From: Alphaproteobacteria bacterium
Lineage (GTDB): Bacteria > Pseudomonadota > Alphaproteobacteria > UBA8366 > JADFVY01
Assembly (NCBI GenBank): GCA_041584475.1
Contig: JBFHDX010000005.1
Coordinates: 1,932-65,931, forward strand
Length of the DNA stretch: 64,000 bases
Direction of reading: 5' to 3'
In this document: positions 39,230 to 49,423 of the stretch, in pieces
Position numbering within the stretch: the stretch's first letter is position 1
How the letters are laid out: each line of letters begins with the position of its first letter
Notes under the pieces: generated by a model
What the model was told of the DNA's origin: nothing
What the model saw: the letters and a program-made list of their open reading frames with translations, nothing else
Database searches by the model: none
Translations under genes and position numbers: made by a program

Positions 39230-40246
39230 TTATCGCGTCCCGACGGTCTCGACCGGTCCCGTTATGTCCCGCGGCACCAGCGCCGCAGCGGCGCGTACGA
39301 CCTCCGCGCCGGCTCCCTTGCCACGCGCATTCTCGCTGAGATAGCGTCGCCACGCCCGCGCGCCGGGCAAGCCGTTGAAGAGTCCCGTCATATGCCGCGT
39401 GATGCGGGCCAGAGGGACACCTTCCGACCGTTTCTCCTCGATATAGGGCAGCATCGCCTCGACCACATCGTGGCGCCTTGCGACATGATGCGGATCTCCA
39501 AAAATCCGCGTGTCGGCGCGCTGCAGGATCCATGGATTCTCGTACGCCGCGCGGCCGATCATTACGCCGTCCAGACGGCCACGCTGGCGTATTGCGTCGT
39601 CGAGCGAGCGGATGCCGCCGTTGAGCACGATTTTCAGGTGCGGAAAGTCTGCCTTGATGCGCTCCACATAGTCGTAGCGGAGCGGCGGAATCTCGCGATT
39701 TTGCTTCGGACTCAGCCCGGAAAGCCACGCTTTGCGGGCATGGATCACGAACGTCCGGCAACCACGCGCCGCGATCGTGTCGACGAAGGCCGCCAGGCCG
39801 TCGTACGAATCGCGATCATCGATGCCGATCCTTGACTTCACGGTGACCGGAACGCGCACACGTTCGGCCATCGCCGAGACGCAGTCTGCAACCCGCTCCG
39901 GCTCCGCCATCAGGCAGGCGCCGAACCGGCCGGCACTGACGCGTTCGCTCGGGCAGCCGACATTGAGATTGATTTCGCAATAGCCGAACGCCTCGCTGGC
40001 GCCTGCCGCCGCCGCGAGATCATCCGGATCGGAGCCGCCGAGTTGCAGGGCGACCGGCTGTTCGACGGAATCGAAATCGAGATGACGGAATCCGTCGCCA
40101 TGCAGGATCGCGCCGGCATGCACCATTTCGGTATAAAGCAGTGTCCGTCGCGTGATCGTGCGCAGAAACGCGCGACAATGCCGATCGGTCCACTCCATCA
40201 TCGGTGCAACGGACAGGCGCCGGTCGATCGCTTGGTTCGGCCTCAT
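39230..40246 (-). CDS. dusA: tRNA-dihydrouridine synthase A
   Basis: 338 aa from MRPNQAIDRRLSVAPMMEWTDRHCR. EINLNVGCPS (catalytic Cys), VTVKSRIGID, FVIHARKAWLSGLSPKQNREIPPL. The ORF extension to 40696 has no family signal. Confidence 0.9.
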   Translation of the reverse strand: MRPNQAIDRRLSVAPMMEWTDRHCRAFLRTITRRTLLYTEMVHAGAILHGDGFRHLDFDSVEQPVALQLGGSDPDDLAAAAGASEAFGYCEINLNVGCPSERVSAGRFGACLMAEPERVADCVSAMAERVRVPVTVKSRIGIDDRDSYDGLAAFVDTIAARGCRTFVIHARKAWLSGLSPKQNREIPPLRYDYVERIKADFPHLKIVLNGGIRSLDDAIRQRGRLDGVMIGRAAYENPWILQRADTRIFGDPHHVARRHDVVEAMLPYIEEKRSEGVPLARITRHMTGLFNGLPGARAWRRYLSENARGKGAGAEVVRAAAALVPRDITGPVETVGTR

Positions 40247-40336
40247 GGCCCGAATGTAGGCAAGATCCGACGCGACGAAAATGATCTTGGCCTCAAATCG
40301 TCGGACCCGTAGAACGGACCAACACGTCCGATACGC

Positions 40337-40939
40337 ATGAGGGGGGCTTCGGAAATGGCGAAGCCGCGTGCCTGGCAACGCATGTTGAGCGGCCGGCGGC
40401 TCGATCTGCTGGACCCCTCGCCCGTCGACGTCGAGATCGAGGATATCGCCCAAGGCCTTTCGCGCGTCGCCCGGTGGAACGGGCAGACATCCGGCGAATG
40501 GGCATATTCGGTGGCCCAGCACTCGCTGCTCGTCGAGACGGTGGCAACCTGCCTGGGACTTCCAGAACGTTGGCGCTTGGCCGCCCTGTTGCACGACGCG
40601 CCGGAATATGTCGTCGGCGACCTGATAACGCCGTTCAAGGCGGCCGTGGGATTTGACTACAGGACGCTCGAGGCACGCCTGGCGTCTGCGATCCACATCC
40701 GCTTCGGTCTGCCGGCGACGCTGCCGAAGACGGTGGTTTCACGACTGAAACGCGCCGACCGCTGCGCCGCGCGGCTCGAGGCTATCGCGCTTGCCGGTTT
40801 CACGGACGCCGAGGCGGGCCGTTATTTCGGTCGCTCGGCGGCGGTCGATTCCCACCGTATCGCACATCTCCTCGTCCCCTGGCCGCCTGCGCTCGCGAAG
40901 CAGCGGTTTCTCAACCGCTTCGCCGAACTCGGCAGTTAG
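40337..40939 (+). CDS. HD-domain phosphohydrolase (YfbR-like)
   Basis: RVARWNGQT...SVAQHSLLV...LLHDAPEYVVGDLITPFK, i.e. H...HD...D metal-ligand pattern. Alternative start 40355. Confidence 0.72.
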   Translation: MRGASEMAKPRAWQRMLSGRRLDLLDPSPVDVEIEDIAQGLSRVARWNGQTSGEWAYSVAQHSLLVETVATCLGLPERWRLAALLHDAPEYVVGDLITPFKAAVGFDYRTLEARLASAIHIRFGLPATLPKTVVSRLKRADRCAARLEAIALAGFTDAEAGRYFGRSAAVDSHRIAHLLVPWPPALAKQRFLNRFAELGS

Positions 40940-40951
40940 CGCCGCGAATCG

Positions 40952-41554
40952 CTACCGGGTGAAATAGATATCGACGCGACGATTGGCCGCTTCGCCTTCG
41001 ACGGCGCCTTCCCTGTAGGCCGGGTCCCGGTTCCCGCGCGCCACGAGCTCGACGCGGTCCGGCGGCACGCCCTGCTCGACCAGCGCGACGGCAACCGCCC
41101 TCACCCGCTCCGTCGCCAGCGCGACCGCCGCCGCGCGCGGTCCTCCGGTGGCAACCCGTTCGATACGCTGGCTGGTGTGGCCGAACAGCCAGACCGTCGC
41201 CCTCGACTGCTTGGCGTAGGCGGCCACCTGCTCGAGGACCGCGTGCGACCCGTCATCCAGCGCCGCGTCGCCCTTCGCGAACTGGATCGCCGCCATGTGG
41301 AGCGAACCTGCCGGAGGCCGCTCCGGCGTCGTGCCCGGCCTTGGCAGCGACGCGATCGGGTCTCCGTACTGTCCCAGGAGCCTGCGCCGCCGCTTTTCGG
41401 TTTCCTCCGGATCGGGGCGCGCGGGCACATCGCTGAGTCGCGGCCAGGGTCGATCGCCGCCGGGCACATCGTAGCGGGTACACGCGACCGGCAATGTCAG
41501 CAGCGCGACAGCGCAAAGCGCGGCGGCCAATCCGGTAGTGCGGAAACGGATCAA
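40952..41554 (-). CDS. OmpA-family peptidoglycan-binding lipoprotein
   Basis: Lipobox LPVAC. C-terminal OmpA-like block (FAKGDAALDD...LATERVRAVAVALVEQGVPPDRVELVARG...NRRVDIYF). Confidence 0.78.
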   Translation of the reverse strand: MIRFRTTGLAAALCAVALLTLPVACTRYDVPGGDRPWPRLSDVPARPDPEETEKRRRRLLGQYGDPIASLPRPGTTPERPPAGSLHMAAIQFAKGDAALDDGSHAVLEQVAAYAKQSRATVWLFGHTSQRIERVATGGPRAAAVALATERVRAVAVALVEQGVPPDRVELVARGNRDPAYREGAVEGEAANRRVDIYFTR

Positions 41555-41742
41555 TGTTCGGAATCCAATGACAAATCAGCCGATGACACCACGAATCTGG
41601 GGCTGGAAAATCCTACGAAATCCGTGCTATGTCCCGCCAGCGATTTTGGGGAGGGTCCGGAAGGCGGGCCGCGCGGCGTCCGTCCGGATGTCGGTGCGAG
41701 ACCCCATCGAACGAACCGATATCAGGGTGAAGGACGGAAGGA

Positions 41743-43539
41743 ATGGCGGACGACACACAGACTACGGAGCAATCGCCGGACCCGCTTGACTACACGCGCA
41801 CGATGGCGGCGATCGCCGAGCGCAGCCAGGCGCTCGTTCAGGATTTCCTCAATCGCCAGGCGGAGGGCGGCGGACTCGGTCACGCCGATCCGCTGAACAT
41901 CGGCGGCGCGTTCTTCGAGATGACGCGACACCTCATGAGCGACCCGCACAAGCTGGTACAGGCGCAGGTCGAACTCTGGCAGGACTACATGACGCTCTGG
42001 CAGAACGCGACTCGTCGCCTTATGGGGGAGGAGGTCGAGCCGACCATCGCGCCGTCGCATGACGATCGCCGCTTCAAGGATGCGGCATGGGAAGAGAACA
42101 ACGTCTTCGACTTCATCAAGCAGTCGTACCTTCTGACCGCTCGCTGGATGCAGAATACGGTCCGCGAGGTCGAGGGACTCGACGACAAGACCGCGAAGAA
42201 GGTCGATTTCTACACCCGCCAGTTTGTCGATGCGATGGCACCGTCCAACTTCGTCATGACCAACCCCGAGGTGCTCCGCGCAACGATCGAGTCGAAGGGC
42301 GAAAACCTCGTAAAGGGGCTTCAGAACCTGCTCGACGACATGGAGCGCGGGCAGGGACGGCTGAAGATCAAGATGACCGACATCGAGGCGTTCGAAGTCG
42401 GCAAGAACATCGCCACGACGCCCGGCAAGGTCGTCTACCAGAACGAGTTGATGCAGCTGCTGCAATATTCGCCTACGACCGATCAGGTCTACAAGCGTCC
42501 GTTGCTGATCATCCCGCCCTGGATCAACAAGTTCTACATTCTCGATCTGCGCGAGAAGAACTCGTTCATCCGCTGGGCCGTCGCGCAAGGCCATACCGTG
42601 TTCTGCATCTCCTGGGTAAACCCGGACGAGAAACTGGCCGAGAAGACGTTCGAGGACTACATGCACGAGGGCCCGCTGGCGGCGCTCGACGCGGTCAAAC
42701 GGGCGACCGGCGAAGACCGGGTGAATGCAATCGGGTACTGCCTCGGCGGCACGCTGCTCGCCAGCATCCTGGCATGGATGGCCGTTAAGGGCGACGAGCG
42801 TATCGCGAGCGCCACCTATTTCACCACCATGGTCGACTTCCGCGAGCCGGGAGAGCTTGGCGTCTTCATCGACGAGGCGCAGCTCTCGGCACTCGAGGAG
42901 CGGATGAGCGAGCGCGGCTATCTCGAGGGATCCGAAATGGCGACCACCTTCAACATGCTGCGCGCGAACGACCTGATCTGGTCGTTCGTCGTCAACAACT
43001 ACCTGCTTGGCAAGGATCCGTTCCCGTTCGATCTGCTTTACTGGAATTCGGATTCGACGCGCATGCCGGCGGCGATGCACGCCTTCTATCTGCGCAAGAT
43101 GTATGTCGAGAACAAGCTCGTCAAGCCGGGCGGTATCAAGCTCGGGGGTGTCCCCCTGGATCTGCGCGAGATCAAGACGCCCAGCTTCATCCTGTCGACC
43201 CGGGAGGATCACATCGCCCCGTGGATCTCGACCTACGAGGCGGTCAAACTCTACTCTGGGCCGGTTACCTTCACGCTCGCCGCGTCGGGCCACATCGCCG
43301 GCGTGATCAACCCGCCGGCGGCCGAGAAATATTCGTACTGGACCAATGCGCGGCGGAGCAAATCCCCCGACACCTGGCTTGCCGGGGCGACCGAGCACAA
43401 GGGCTCGTGGTGGCCCGAGTGGGACAAGTGGATCGCAAAGCAGGAGAAGGCGAAGGTCCCCGCGCGCAAGCCGGGCGACGGCAAGCTCAAGCCGCTCGAA
43501 GACGCCCCGGGTTCCTACGTCAAGGTCCAAGTGAGCTAG
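41743..43539 (+). CDS. phaC: Class I poly(R)-hydroxyalkanoate synthase
   Basis: 598 aa. PhaC N-domain, lipase-box-like GYCLGGT, and conserved WNSDSTRMP and FYLRKMY blocks. Confidence 0.92.
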   Translation: MADDTQTTEQSPDPLDYTRTMAAIAERSQALVQDFLNRQAEGGGLGHADPLNIGGAFFEMTRHLMSDPHKLVQAQVELWQDYMTLWQNATRRLMGEEVEPTIAPSHDDRRFKDAAWEENNVFDFIKQSYLLTARWMQNTVREVEGLDDKTAKKVDFYTRQFVDAMAPSNFVMTNPEVLRATIESKGENLVKGLQNLLDDMERGQGRLKIKMTDIEAFEVGKNIATTPGKVVYQNELMQLLQYSPTTDQVYKRPLLIIPPWINKFYILDLREKNSFIRWAVAQGHTVFCISWVNPDEKLAEKTFEDYMHEGPLAALDAVKRATGEDRVNAIGYCLGGTLLASILAWMAVKGDERIASATYFTTMVDFREPGELGVFIDEAQLSALEERMSERGYLEGSEMATTFNMLRANDLIWSFVVNNYLLGKDPFPFDLLYWNSDSTRMPAAMHAFYLRKMYVENKLVKPGGIKLGGVPLDLREIKTPSFILSTREDHIAPWISTYEAVKLYSGPVTFTLAASGHIAGVINPPAAEKYSYWTNARRSKSPDTWLAGATEHKGSWWPEWDKWIAKQEKAKVPARKPGDGKLKPLEDAPGSYVKVQVS

Positions 43540-43579
43540 GCCGGCGACCGCACAGCGTTAATGGGGGACCGGCGAGATC

Positions 43580-44071
43580 TTGCCGGCGATGGTGATGCCC
43601 GATCGCGCGTGGTGTCAGGCGCTGTGGGCTGGCCCGACCGCGGTTCGGAGGGCGCTCGGGATTAATTCCGACATGACAATAGTCGATCTGCGCTGCCGCG
43701 GTGGCTGGTTCGTGCTGCCGCTCACCCAGCTGATCGGTGGCAAGTTGTTGGCTCTCGCCTTCGATCCGCCATTCCAGGAGGCGGCGCACGCCAGGGTCGA
43801 CCGGACCTGGCGCTGGCTGCCGCTGCATTGTAGAGCGCGGATGGCCAGTTCGCGGTTGTCAGCTGGCATGCGATTGCGCGCAAGGAGACTACGGTCCTGG
43901 GTCAGTCGCGCGGGCTATCAGGCCGAAATGCGGATATCGCCGGATGCGATGCGCGATATCATCGAACCCGCTGTGTTCACGCTTGATACATTTGCAAAGC
44001 TTGCGCCCTATTATTACGGCGTTTTGTTCAGGCGTGACAATTCGGGGACGGAATTCGCGAAGCCAGAGTAG
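43580..44071 (+). pseudogene. Decayed class I SAM-dependent methyltransferase relic
   Basis: The ORF frame gives an MTase motif-I-like VDLRCRGGWFVLPL and a C-terminal EMRISPDAMRDIIEPAVFTL...YYYGVLFRR. The middle is Arg-rich nonsense. A second frame holds L*SADGQFAVVSWHAIARKETTVLGQSRG, which resembles the usual LKPGGRLAVV.W....EETTVLGQPRGP block and is preceded by a TAG. At least two frame changes and an internal deletion are implied. Confidence 0.5.
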
Positions 44072-44107
44072 ACTGATCCAGCGCCTGCGGTTTTGAATGA
44101 GCGGCGG

Positions 44108-44947
44108 TTATTCGAAGAGCTTCAGCGCGTCAGCGTGGCCTTGTTCTGCGGCACGGCGGAGCCATTTCTCACCTTCGGCCTGATCCTTAGGCACGCCACT
44201 ACCGTTATAATACATCAATCCGACGTTATACTGGGCGCGTGCATCGCCATTCGTCGCCGCCGCCCGCCAGAGCCGTACCGCCTCGGCAAGATCCTTCGAC
44301 CGGCCCTGGCCCTGATAATATAGCACACCTAGCGAGAATTGCGCCGCAGCGACATCTTGCTTGGCCGCCCGCTCCAGCCAGTTGGCGGCTTCCGCGTAGT
44401 CCCGGGGTACACCCTGGCCCCGCATGTACATATTGCCGAGATTATATTGCGCCTCGGGGAATCCTTGCAGTGCGGCCGCCCGATACCATGCCAGCGCCGT
44501 GCCGAAATCGGTCGCGACGACCTTGCCCTCGATGTACATGTTGCCAAGGTTGTTCTGCGCCAGGGCGTTGCCTTGATCGGCGGCCATCTTGAACCACTTG
44601 AACGCCTTCTTGTCGTCCTTTTTCACGCCGATCGCATTGCGATACATGACGGCAAGGTTCGCCTGCGCCTCGCCGCTGCCCTGCTCGGCGGCGCGCTTGA
44701 GAAATCGCAGTGCCTTGCCGGTATCCTGCTTCACTCCGATGCCCTGCAGGTAAAGTACGCCGAGGTTGGTCAGCGCTTCGGTGTCACCCTTTTCCGCGAG
44801 TGGTGTCCATATCTTTGCGGCGGTCTCGTAATCACCGCGTTGTGCTGCCCGCAACGCGTCGTCCAGCGCGTCGGCTCCGGCAGTTGCTGCCGCCAGCATT
44901 GCGCAAAGAAGGAGAACGACCGGAATCGTAACCACTCGTAAGGACAT
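44108..44947 (-). CDS. Sel1-repeat protein (about 7 SLR units) with signal peptide
   Basis: 279 aa. Repeated A.W..KAA.QG...AQ.NLG.MY..G.GV..D units. N-terminal VVLLLCAMLAAATAGA. Confidence 0.88.
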   Translation of the reverse strand: MSLRVVTIPVVLLLCAMLAAATAGADALDDALRAAQRGDYETAAKIWTPLAEKGDTEALTNLGVLYLQGIGVKQDTGKALRFLKRAAEQGSGEAQANLAVMYRNAIGVKKDDKKAFKWFKMAADQGNALAQNNLGNMYIEGKVVATDFGTALAWYRAAALQGFPEAQYNLGNMYMRGQGVPRDYAEAANWLERAAKQDVAAAQFSLGVLYYQGQGRSKDLAEAVRLWRAAATNGDARAQYNVGLMYYNGSGVPKDQAEGEKWLRRAAEQGHADALKLFE

Positions 44948-45135
44948 TTCAGTCTTCCCATTAACATGCCGGCGTCGGGCAGTGGGATTGCAGCTCGCCT
45001 GGAATCAGACGCCGGCTCCGCATTCAACCGCATTGGATAATCGGAATTGGGCCACTAAAATGACGTTAACGTTCGCGACGGACAGCCAGCATCCCGCATC
45101 GCTGGCCGATCAGGGCGAGAGGCCTCGGTGGCCTT

Positions 45136-45678
45136 TCAATCGCTGCGCAAGACACTGGTCCGCCCGGCAACGTATTCGCGCGACAGATCGAAATATAGTT
45201 TGGCCAACCGCTTGATTTCGGCCCGCTCAGCGTCGGTCAACTCGCGCATCCGCACCGCGGGCCGGCCGCCCCACAATTCGCCGGTCAGTACGCGCTTGCC
45301 CGGCGTCACCAGTGCACCGGCCGCGACCATGGCGCCGGTCTCGACCACCGCTCCGTCCATCACGCAGGCGTTCATGCCGACGAAGCATCCGTCTTCGAGC
45401 GTGCAATCGTGCAGCAGGACCATGTGTCCGACGGTCACGCCGTCGCCGATGCGGGTGCCGCGGCCGCCGGTCGTGACATGGATCACCGAGCCGTCCTGGA
45501 GGTTCGAGCGCGCGCCGATGCGGATCGTGTTCACGTCGCCGCGCAGAACGCAACCGAACCAGACGCTTGACCCGGGCCCGATCGCGACATCGCCGACGAC
45601 GCTGGCGCCGGGCGCGACGAACGCCCCCGCATCGATGCGCGGGCGGACACCACGGTATGGGACGATGAGGGGCCCCAT
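45136..45678 (-). CDS. Gamma-carbonic anhydrase-like / hexapeptide-repeat (LbH) protein
   Basis: 180 aa from MGPLIVPYRGVRPRIDAGAFVAPGASVVGDV. VWFGCVLRGDVNTIRIG..NLQDGSVIH, typical of the YrdA/PaaY family. Confidence 0.85.
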   Translation of the reverse strand: MGPLIVPYRGVRPRIDAGAFVAPGASVVGDVAIGPGSSVWFGCVLRGDVNTIRIGARSNLQDGSVIHVTTGGRGTRIGDGVTVGHMVLLHDCTLEDGCFVGMNACVMDGAVVETGAMVAAGALVTPGKRVLTGELWGGRPAVRMRELTDAERAEIKRLAKLYFDLSREYVAGRTSVLRSD

Positions 45679-45704
45679 GTGCGGCCGGCGGATCCTTGCG
45701 CCCC

Positions 45705-46763
45705 TCAGGGGAACAGGGCTTCCTGCTCGAGCCCAAGCGTCTCGGGCAGGTCGCACATCACGTTCAAGTTCTGGATCGCCTGTCCGGACGCGCCCTTGAC
45801 GAGGTTGTCGAGGGCCGACAGCACGATCGCCCGTCCCGGAACGCGATCGGCGAAGACCCCGATCAGGCAGTGGTTCGATCCGCGCACGTCGCGGGTCGCC
45901 GGCGCACGACCGGCGGGCAGGACGTGGACGAATGCCTCCGGGTCGTAGCGCGCAGCGAGGGCGACCCGCAGGTCCTCGGCGTCGGCACCGCCGGCGAGCG
46001 TGACGTAGATCGTCGCCAGGATGCCACGGTTCATCGGCATCAGATGCGGGGTGAACGACACGGTCACAGGTTCACCGGCCGCCACCGAGAGTTCCTGCTC
46101 GATTTCCGGCGCGTGGCGGTGGCCGGCGATACCGTAGGCATGGATGCCCTCGCTGACCTCGGCATGGAGCATACCCTGCTTCTCCCCCCTGCCGGCCCCG
46201 CTGACGCCCGATTTCGCGTCGATGACGATGCCGTCCGGCGCGATCAGGCCGGCGGCGAGCAGCGGCACCAATGGCAGCTCCGCCGCCGTCGTGTAGCAGC
46301 CCGGATTGGCTACCAGCCGCGCCGCCGCGATGTCGTCGCGGTAGATCTCGGTGAGCCCGTAGACCGCTTCTCGCTGTAGCTCGGGCGCCAGATGCGCGTG
46401 ACCGTACCACTCCGCATAGGTCGCCGTATCGCGGAGTCGGAAGTCCGCCGACAGGTCGATCACCAGCAGCGACGACGGCAGCTCCTTCACCACCTGCTGT
46501 GTCGTCGCGTGCGGCAGTGCGCAGAAAACGAGATCGAGCGACCCCCACTCGACGTCTTCGATTCGCGTCAGATCCGGCAGGGCCAGTCGCGCCAGATGCG
46601 GGAAGACCTCGCCGAGCGGCCCGCCGGCGTGACGGTCAGCGGTCAGACAGGCGATATCGACCGATGGATGGCGGACCAGGAGACGCACCAGCTCGGCGCC
46701 CGTGTAGCCGCTCGCACCGAGGATCCCCGCCTGTACCCTGCTTTCGCTCTTCCTGCCCAGCAT
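45705..46763 (-). CDS. argC: N-acetyl-gamma-glutamyl-phosphate reductase
   Basis: Start MLGRKSESRVQAGILGASGYTGAELVRLL. Active-site context NPGCYTTA. C-terminal DNLVKGASGQAIQNLN. Confidence 0.92.
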   Translation of the reverse strand: MLGRKSESRVQAGILGASGYTGAELVRLLVRHPSVDIACLTADRHAGGPLGEVFPHLARLALPDLTRIEDVEWGSLDLVFCALPHATTQQVVKELPSSLLVIDLSADFRLRDTATYAEWYGHAHLAPELQREAVYGLTEIYRDDIAAARLVANPGCYTTAAELPLVPLLAAGLIAPDGIVIDAKSGVSGAGRGEKQGMLHAEVSEGIHAYGIAGHRHAPEIEQELSVAAGEPVTVSFTPHLMPMNRGILATIYVTLAGGADAEDLRVALAARYDPEAFVHVLPAGRAPATRDVRGSNHCLIGVFADRVPGRAIVLSALDNLVKGASGQAIQNLNVMCDLPETLGLEQEALFP

Positions 46764-46796
46764 GACTGCGTTCCTAGCCGAAATGGAGACCAAACA

Positions 46797-46825
46797 AAAG
46801 GGCGTCCCGCGCCGGGACGCCCTTT
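46797..46825 (-). terminator. Rho-independent terminator of rplM-rpsI
   Basis: Stem gggcgtccc (46800..46808) and gggacgccc (46814..46822). On the minus strand the stem is followed by TTTTGTTTGG. Starts 24 nt after the rpsI stop. Confidence 0.75.
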
Positions 46826-46848
46826 GGCGACTGCATGCTCCGCCGCGG

Positions 46849-47340
46849 TCAGCGTTTCGAGAACTGGAAGCTTCGGCGCGCCTTGCGGCGGCCGTACTTC
46901 TTGCGCTCGACCATGCGATCGTCGCGCGTCAGAAAGCCGCCCGCCTTGAGCGCGGGGCGAAGGTCGGGCTCGTAATTGGTCAGCGCCCGGCTGATGCCGT
47001 GACGCACCGCGCCCGCCTGTCCCGACAGGCCGCCGCCCGTGACCGTGCACATGACGTCGTACTGGTCCTTGCGGTTCGCGGCTTCGAACGGCTGCCGGAT
47101 CACCATCTGTTGCGTCGGTCGCGCGAAATAGACGGCGACATCGCGCCCGTTGACGACGATCTGGCCGCTGCCCGGCTTGATCCAAACCCGCGCGACCGCG
47201 TTCTTGCGCTTGCCGGTGGCATAGGAGCGCCCGTGCTGGTCGATCTGAGGCTCCCGCGCCGGGGCCTCGTCGGCGATGCCGGTGGCGGCACCGAGATCCG
47301 CCAGATCCGTAACCGTCTGGGTTTCCGTCTCGTCGGCCAT
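46849..47340 (-). CDS. rpsI: 30S ribosomal protein S9
   Basis: C-terminal [19 protein letters not shown]...[28 protein letters not shown]-terminal acidic extension, as is common in alphaproteobacteria. Confidence 0.95.
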   Translation of the reverse strand: MADETETQTVTDLADLGAATGIADEAPAREPQIDQHGRSYATGKRKNAVARVWIKPGSGQIVVNGRDVAVYFARPTQQMVIRQPFEAANRKDQYDVMCTVTGGGLSGQAGAVRHGISRALTNYEPDLRPALKAGGFLTRDDRMVERKKYGRRKARRSFQFSKR

Positions 47341-47341
47341 G

Positions 47342-47806
47342 TTATCCGATCCTCTTGTTCTTCGGATTCATTCCCGCGACATCCAGCAGCACCGGCTGCT
47401 GCGCCTCGTGCGGATGCGCACTGCCGGCGTAGACGCGCAGGTTTCGCATCTGCTGTCGGCCCAACGGACCTCTCGGGACCATGCGCTCGACCGCCTTGAT
47501 GATCACCCGCTCCGGGTGTGCACCGTCGAGGATCTTTCCCGCCGTGACCTCCTTGAGGCCGCCCGGATAGCCCGTATGACGGTAGTACTTCTTGTCCGCC
47601 AGCTTGTTGCCCGTCAGCCGTACCTTCTCGGCATTGATGACGATGACGTTGTCGCCGCAATCGACGTGCGGGGTATAACCAGGCTTGTGCTTGCCGCGCA
47701 GAATGTTGGCGATGATCGCCGCCATGCGGCCGAGCACCAGCCCGTCGGCGTCGACGAGGTGCCATTTCTTGTCGACCTCGGCCGGCTTCATCGTGTAGGT
47801 CTTCAT
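47342..47806 (-). CDS. rplM: 50S ribosomal protein L13
   Basis: 154 aa from [42 protein letters not shown]. The upstream ORF extension to 47929 was discarded. Confidence 0.95.
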   Translation of the reverse strand: MKTYTMKPAEVDKKWHLVDADGLVLGRMAAIIANILRGKHKPGYTPHVDCGDNVIVINAEKVRLTGNKLADKKYYRHTGYPGGLKEVTAGKILDGAHPERVIIKAVERMVPRGPLGRQQMRNLRVYAGSAHPHEAQQPVLLDVAGMNPKNKRIG

Positions 47807-48090
47807 GCCGTTGAGCATCGTCGTGGCCTCGCAGTCCCGAATTCCGAAAGCGTTGGATGGCGACATCGATCGGCCCGGCGGGCCGTCCCGACGCGGCGCT
47901 GTTCTATTGGAGCGTTGCGAGCGTGTCAACGGAAATCGATCGGGAAAATGGACAGCAAAACAATAAATTGCGTATGCGGTAATATGTTACCGTAATGCTA
48001 GCGCCTTGAATCGATGCCGCCTCCGCGAACGCCGTTTGGCTGCAACGACCCTGCCCGGCCCGGTCGCATTCCCGTGCGTCAGGACGTGCC

Positions 48091-48873
48091 ATGAGCCGAG
48101 CGTTCAGCCACGCCATCGTGCGTGCGCCCTGCCGGGCCATCGCCCGCGCATTGACGACGGCAGGTCTCGGCCGGCCAGACTACCTGCGCGCCCAACGGCA
48201 GCATGCCGCCTATGTCGCCGCGCTTCGGCGTTGCGGAGTCGACGTGATCGTGCTGCCGCCGCTCGAGGATTTCCCCGATTCGGCCTTCGTCGAGGACGTC
48301 GCGCTGCTGACCGGCCGGTGCGCGATCCTGACCCGCCCGGGCGCCCCAACCCGACGCGGCGAAGTTACGGAGATGGCCGGCACGCTGCAGGATTACTTCC
48401 CCGAGCTTGAACGGATCGAGCCGCCGGGCACCGTCGACGGAGGCGATATCCTCGAAATCGACGCCCGCTACTGCGTCGGCTTGACCGAGCGCACGAATGG
48501 CGACGGCGCGCGTCAGGCGATCGCGGTGCTGCGCCGAAACGGTCTCGACGGCGAGACGGTTGCCGTCGACGGCGCGCTGCACCTCAAGACCTGCGTCACC
48601 TACCTCGATGGCGGCGTCGCCCTGGCGTGGGCCGCCTTGCGCGACCACAGGTCGTTGCTCGGCCTGGACGTTATCGAGGTCCCCAAGTCCGAGGCCTACG
48701 CCGCGAACAGCCTGTGGGTGAACGGAACGGTCCTGTTGCCCGCGGGCCACCCGCGGACGGCGCGGTGCGTCCGCGACGCAGGCTTCCCGGTGATCGAACT
48801 CGAAATGTCGGAGTTCCGCAAGGCGGACGGCGGTCTCAGTTGCCTTTCCCTGCGCTTTACGCCGCCCGGCTAA
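48091..48873 (+). CDS. Dimethylarginine dimethylaminohydrolase-like amidinotransferase-superfamily enzyme
   Basis: 260 aa. AFVEDVAL, DGGDIL, LHLKT and C-terminal GGLSCLSLRF (catalytic Cys). Confidence 0.8.
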   Translation: MSRAFSHAIVRAPCRAIARALTTAGLGRPDYLRAQRQHAAYVAALRRCGVDVIVLPPLEDFPDSAFVEDVALLTGRCAILTRPGAPTRRGEVTEMAGTLQDYFPELERIEPPGTVDGGDILEIDARYCVGLTERTNGDGARQAIAVLRRNGLDGETVAVDGALHLKTCVTYLDGGVALAWAALRDHRSLLGLDVIEVPKSEAYAANSLWVNGTVLLPAGHPRTARCVRDAGFPVIELEMSEFRKADGGLSCLSLRFTPPG

Positions 48874-49310
48874 TCGCGGTATTCCGGCGGCGGGATCGAA
48901 TATGTCGCGGTTACGTGTGCGGCGGGTTCCTCCTCGCCCTCCGGTGTCAGGTTCACCTCGCCGACCGCGAGTCGCTTGCCGAGCTTGAGAATGCGTGCCT
49001 CGGCCAAAAGATCGCGACGACCCGGCTTACGCAGGAAGTTGATGTTCAGGCTCGTTGTCACCGCCAGCCGCACCGGGCCGATCATCCCGAGCACCATGGC
49101 ATACATCGTGAAATCGGCGAGCGCCATCATCGACGGGCCCGAAATCGTTCCTCCCGGCCGAATATGCGCGTCGTCGAATGGCAGGCGCGCCCGCGCCGTG
49201 CCATAGCCGATATGTTCGGTGACGAAGCCGTACCGTTCGACGAAGTTGGCCTCCTGCCGGCACAGCGCCTCGAAGGCCTCGATCGAGATGTGCGGTTGCC
49301 TGGCGGTCAT
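48870..49310 (-). CDS. PaaI-family hotdog thioesterase
   Basis: 146 aa. GGTISGPSMMALADF...TSLNINFLRP...GKRLAVGEV pattern. Confidence 0.8.
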   Translation of the reverse strand: MTARQPHISIEAFEALCRQEANFVERYGFVTEHIGYGTARARLPFDDAHIRPGGTISGPSMMALADFTMYAMVLGMIGPVRLAVTTSLNINFLRKPGRRDLLAEARILKLGKRLAVGEVNLTPEGEEEPAAHVTATYSIPPPEYRD

Positions 49311-49423
49311 GCCGTTTCGTTATGACCAATTGCGGCGGCGAAGCCAATATCCCTTGCAAGACGCGGCGCGAACGAAGAAAAGAATAAGCCGTGCGGGCAC
49401 CCGGCCGACGGAAGGAATCCAAG

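Noticed and set aside
39230-40246. dusA as a possible integration hotspot explaining the neighbouring unusual genes
   Set aside because: Known dusA-targeting integrases insert at the 5' end of dusA. The repeat-gene cluster lies beyond the 3' end. No integrase, att-like duplication or compositional break is visible.
41722-43530. 602-aa ORF antisense to phaC
   Set aside because: Shadow ORF. phaC on the plus strand has unambiguous PHA-synthase motifs.
49311-49423. Search for a SAM-type riboswitch upstream of the operon containing metY
   Set aside because: I could not recognise SAM-II-like conserved strings or a pseudoknot arrangement by eye. A covariance-model scan is needed before any claim.
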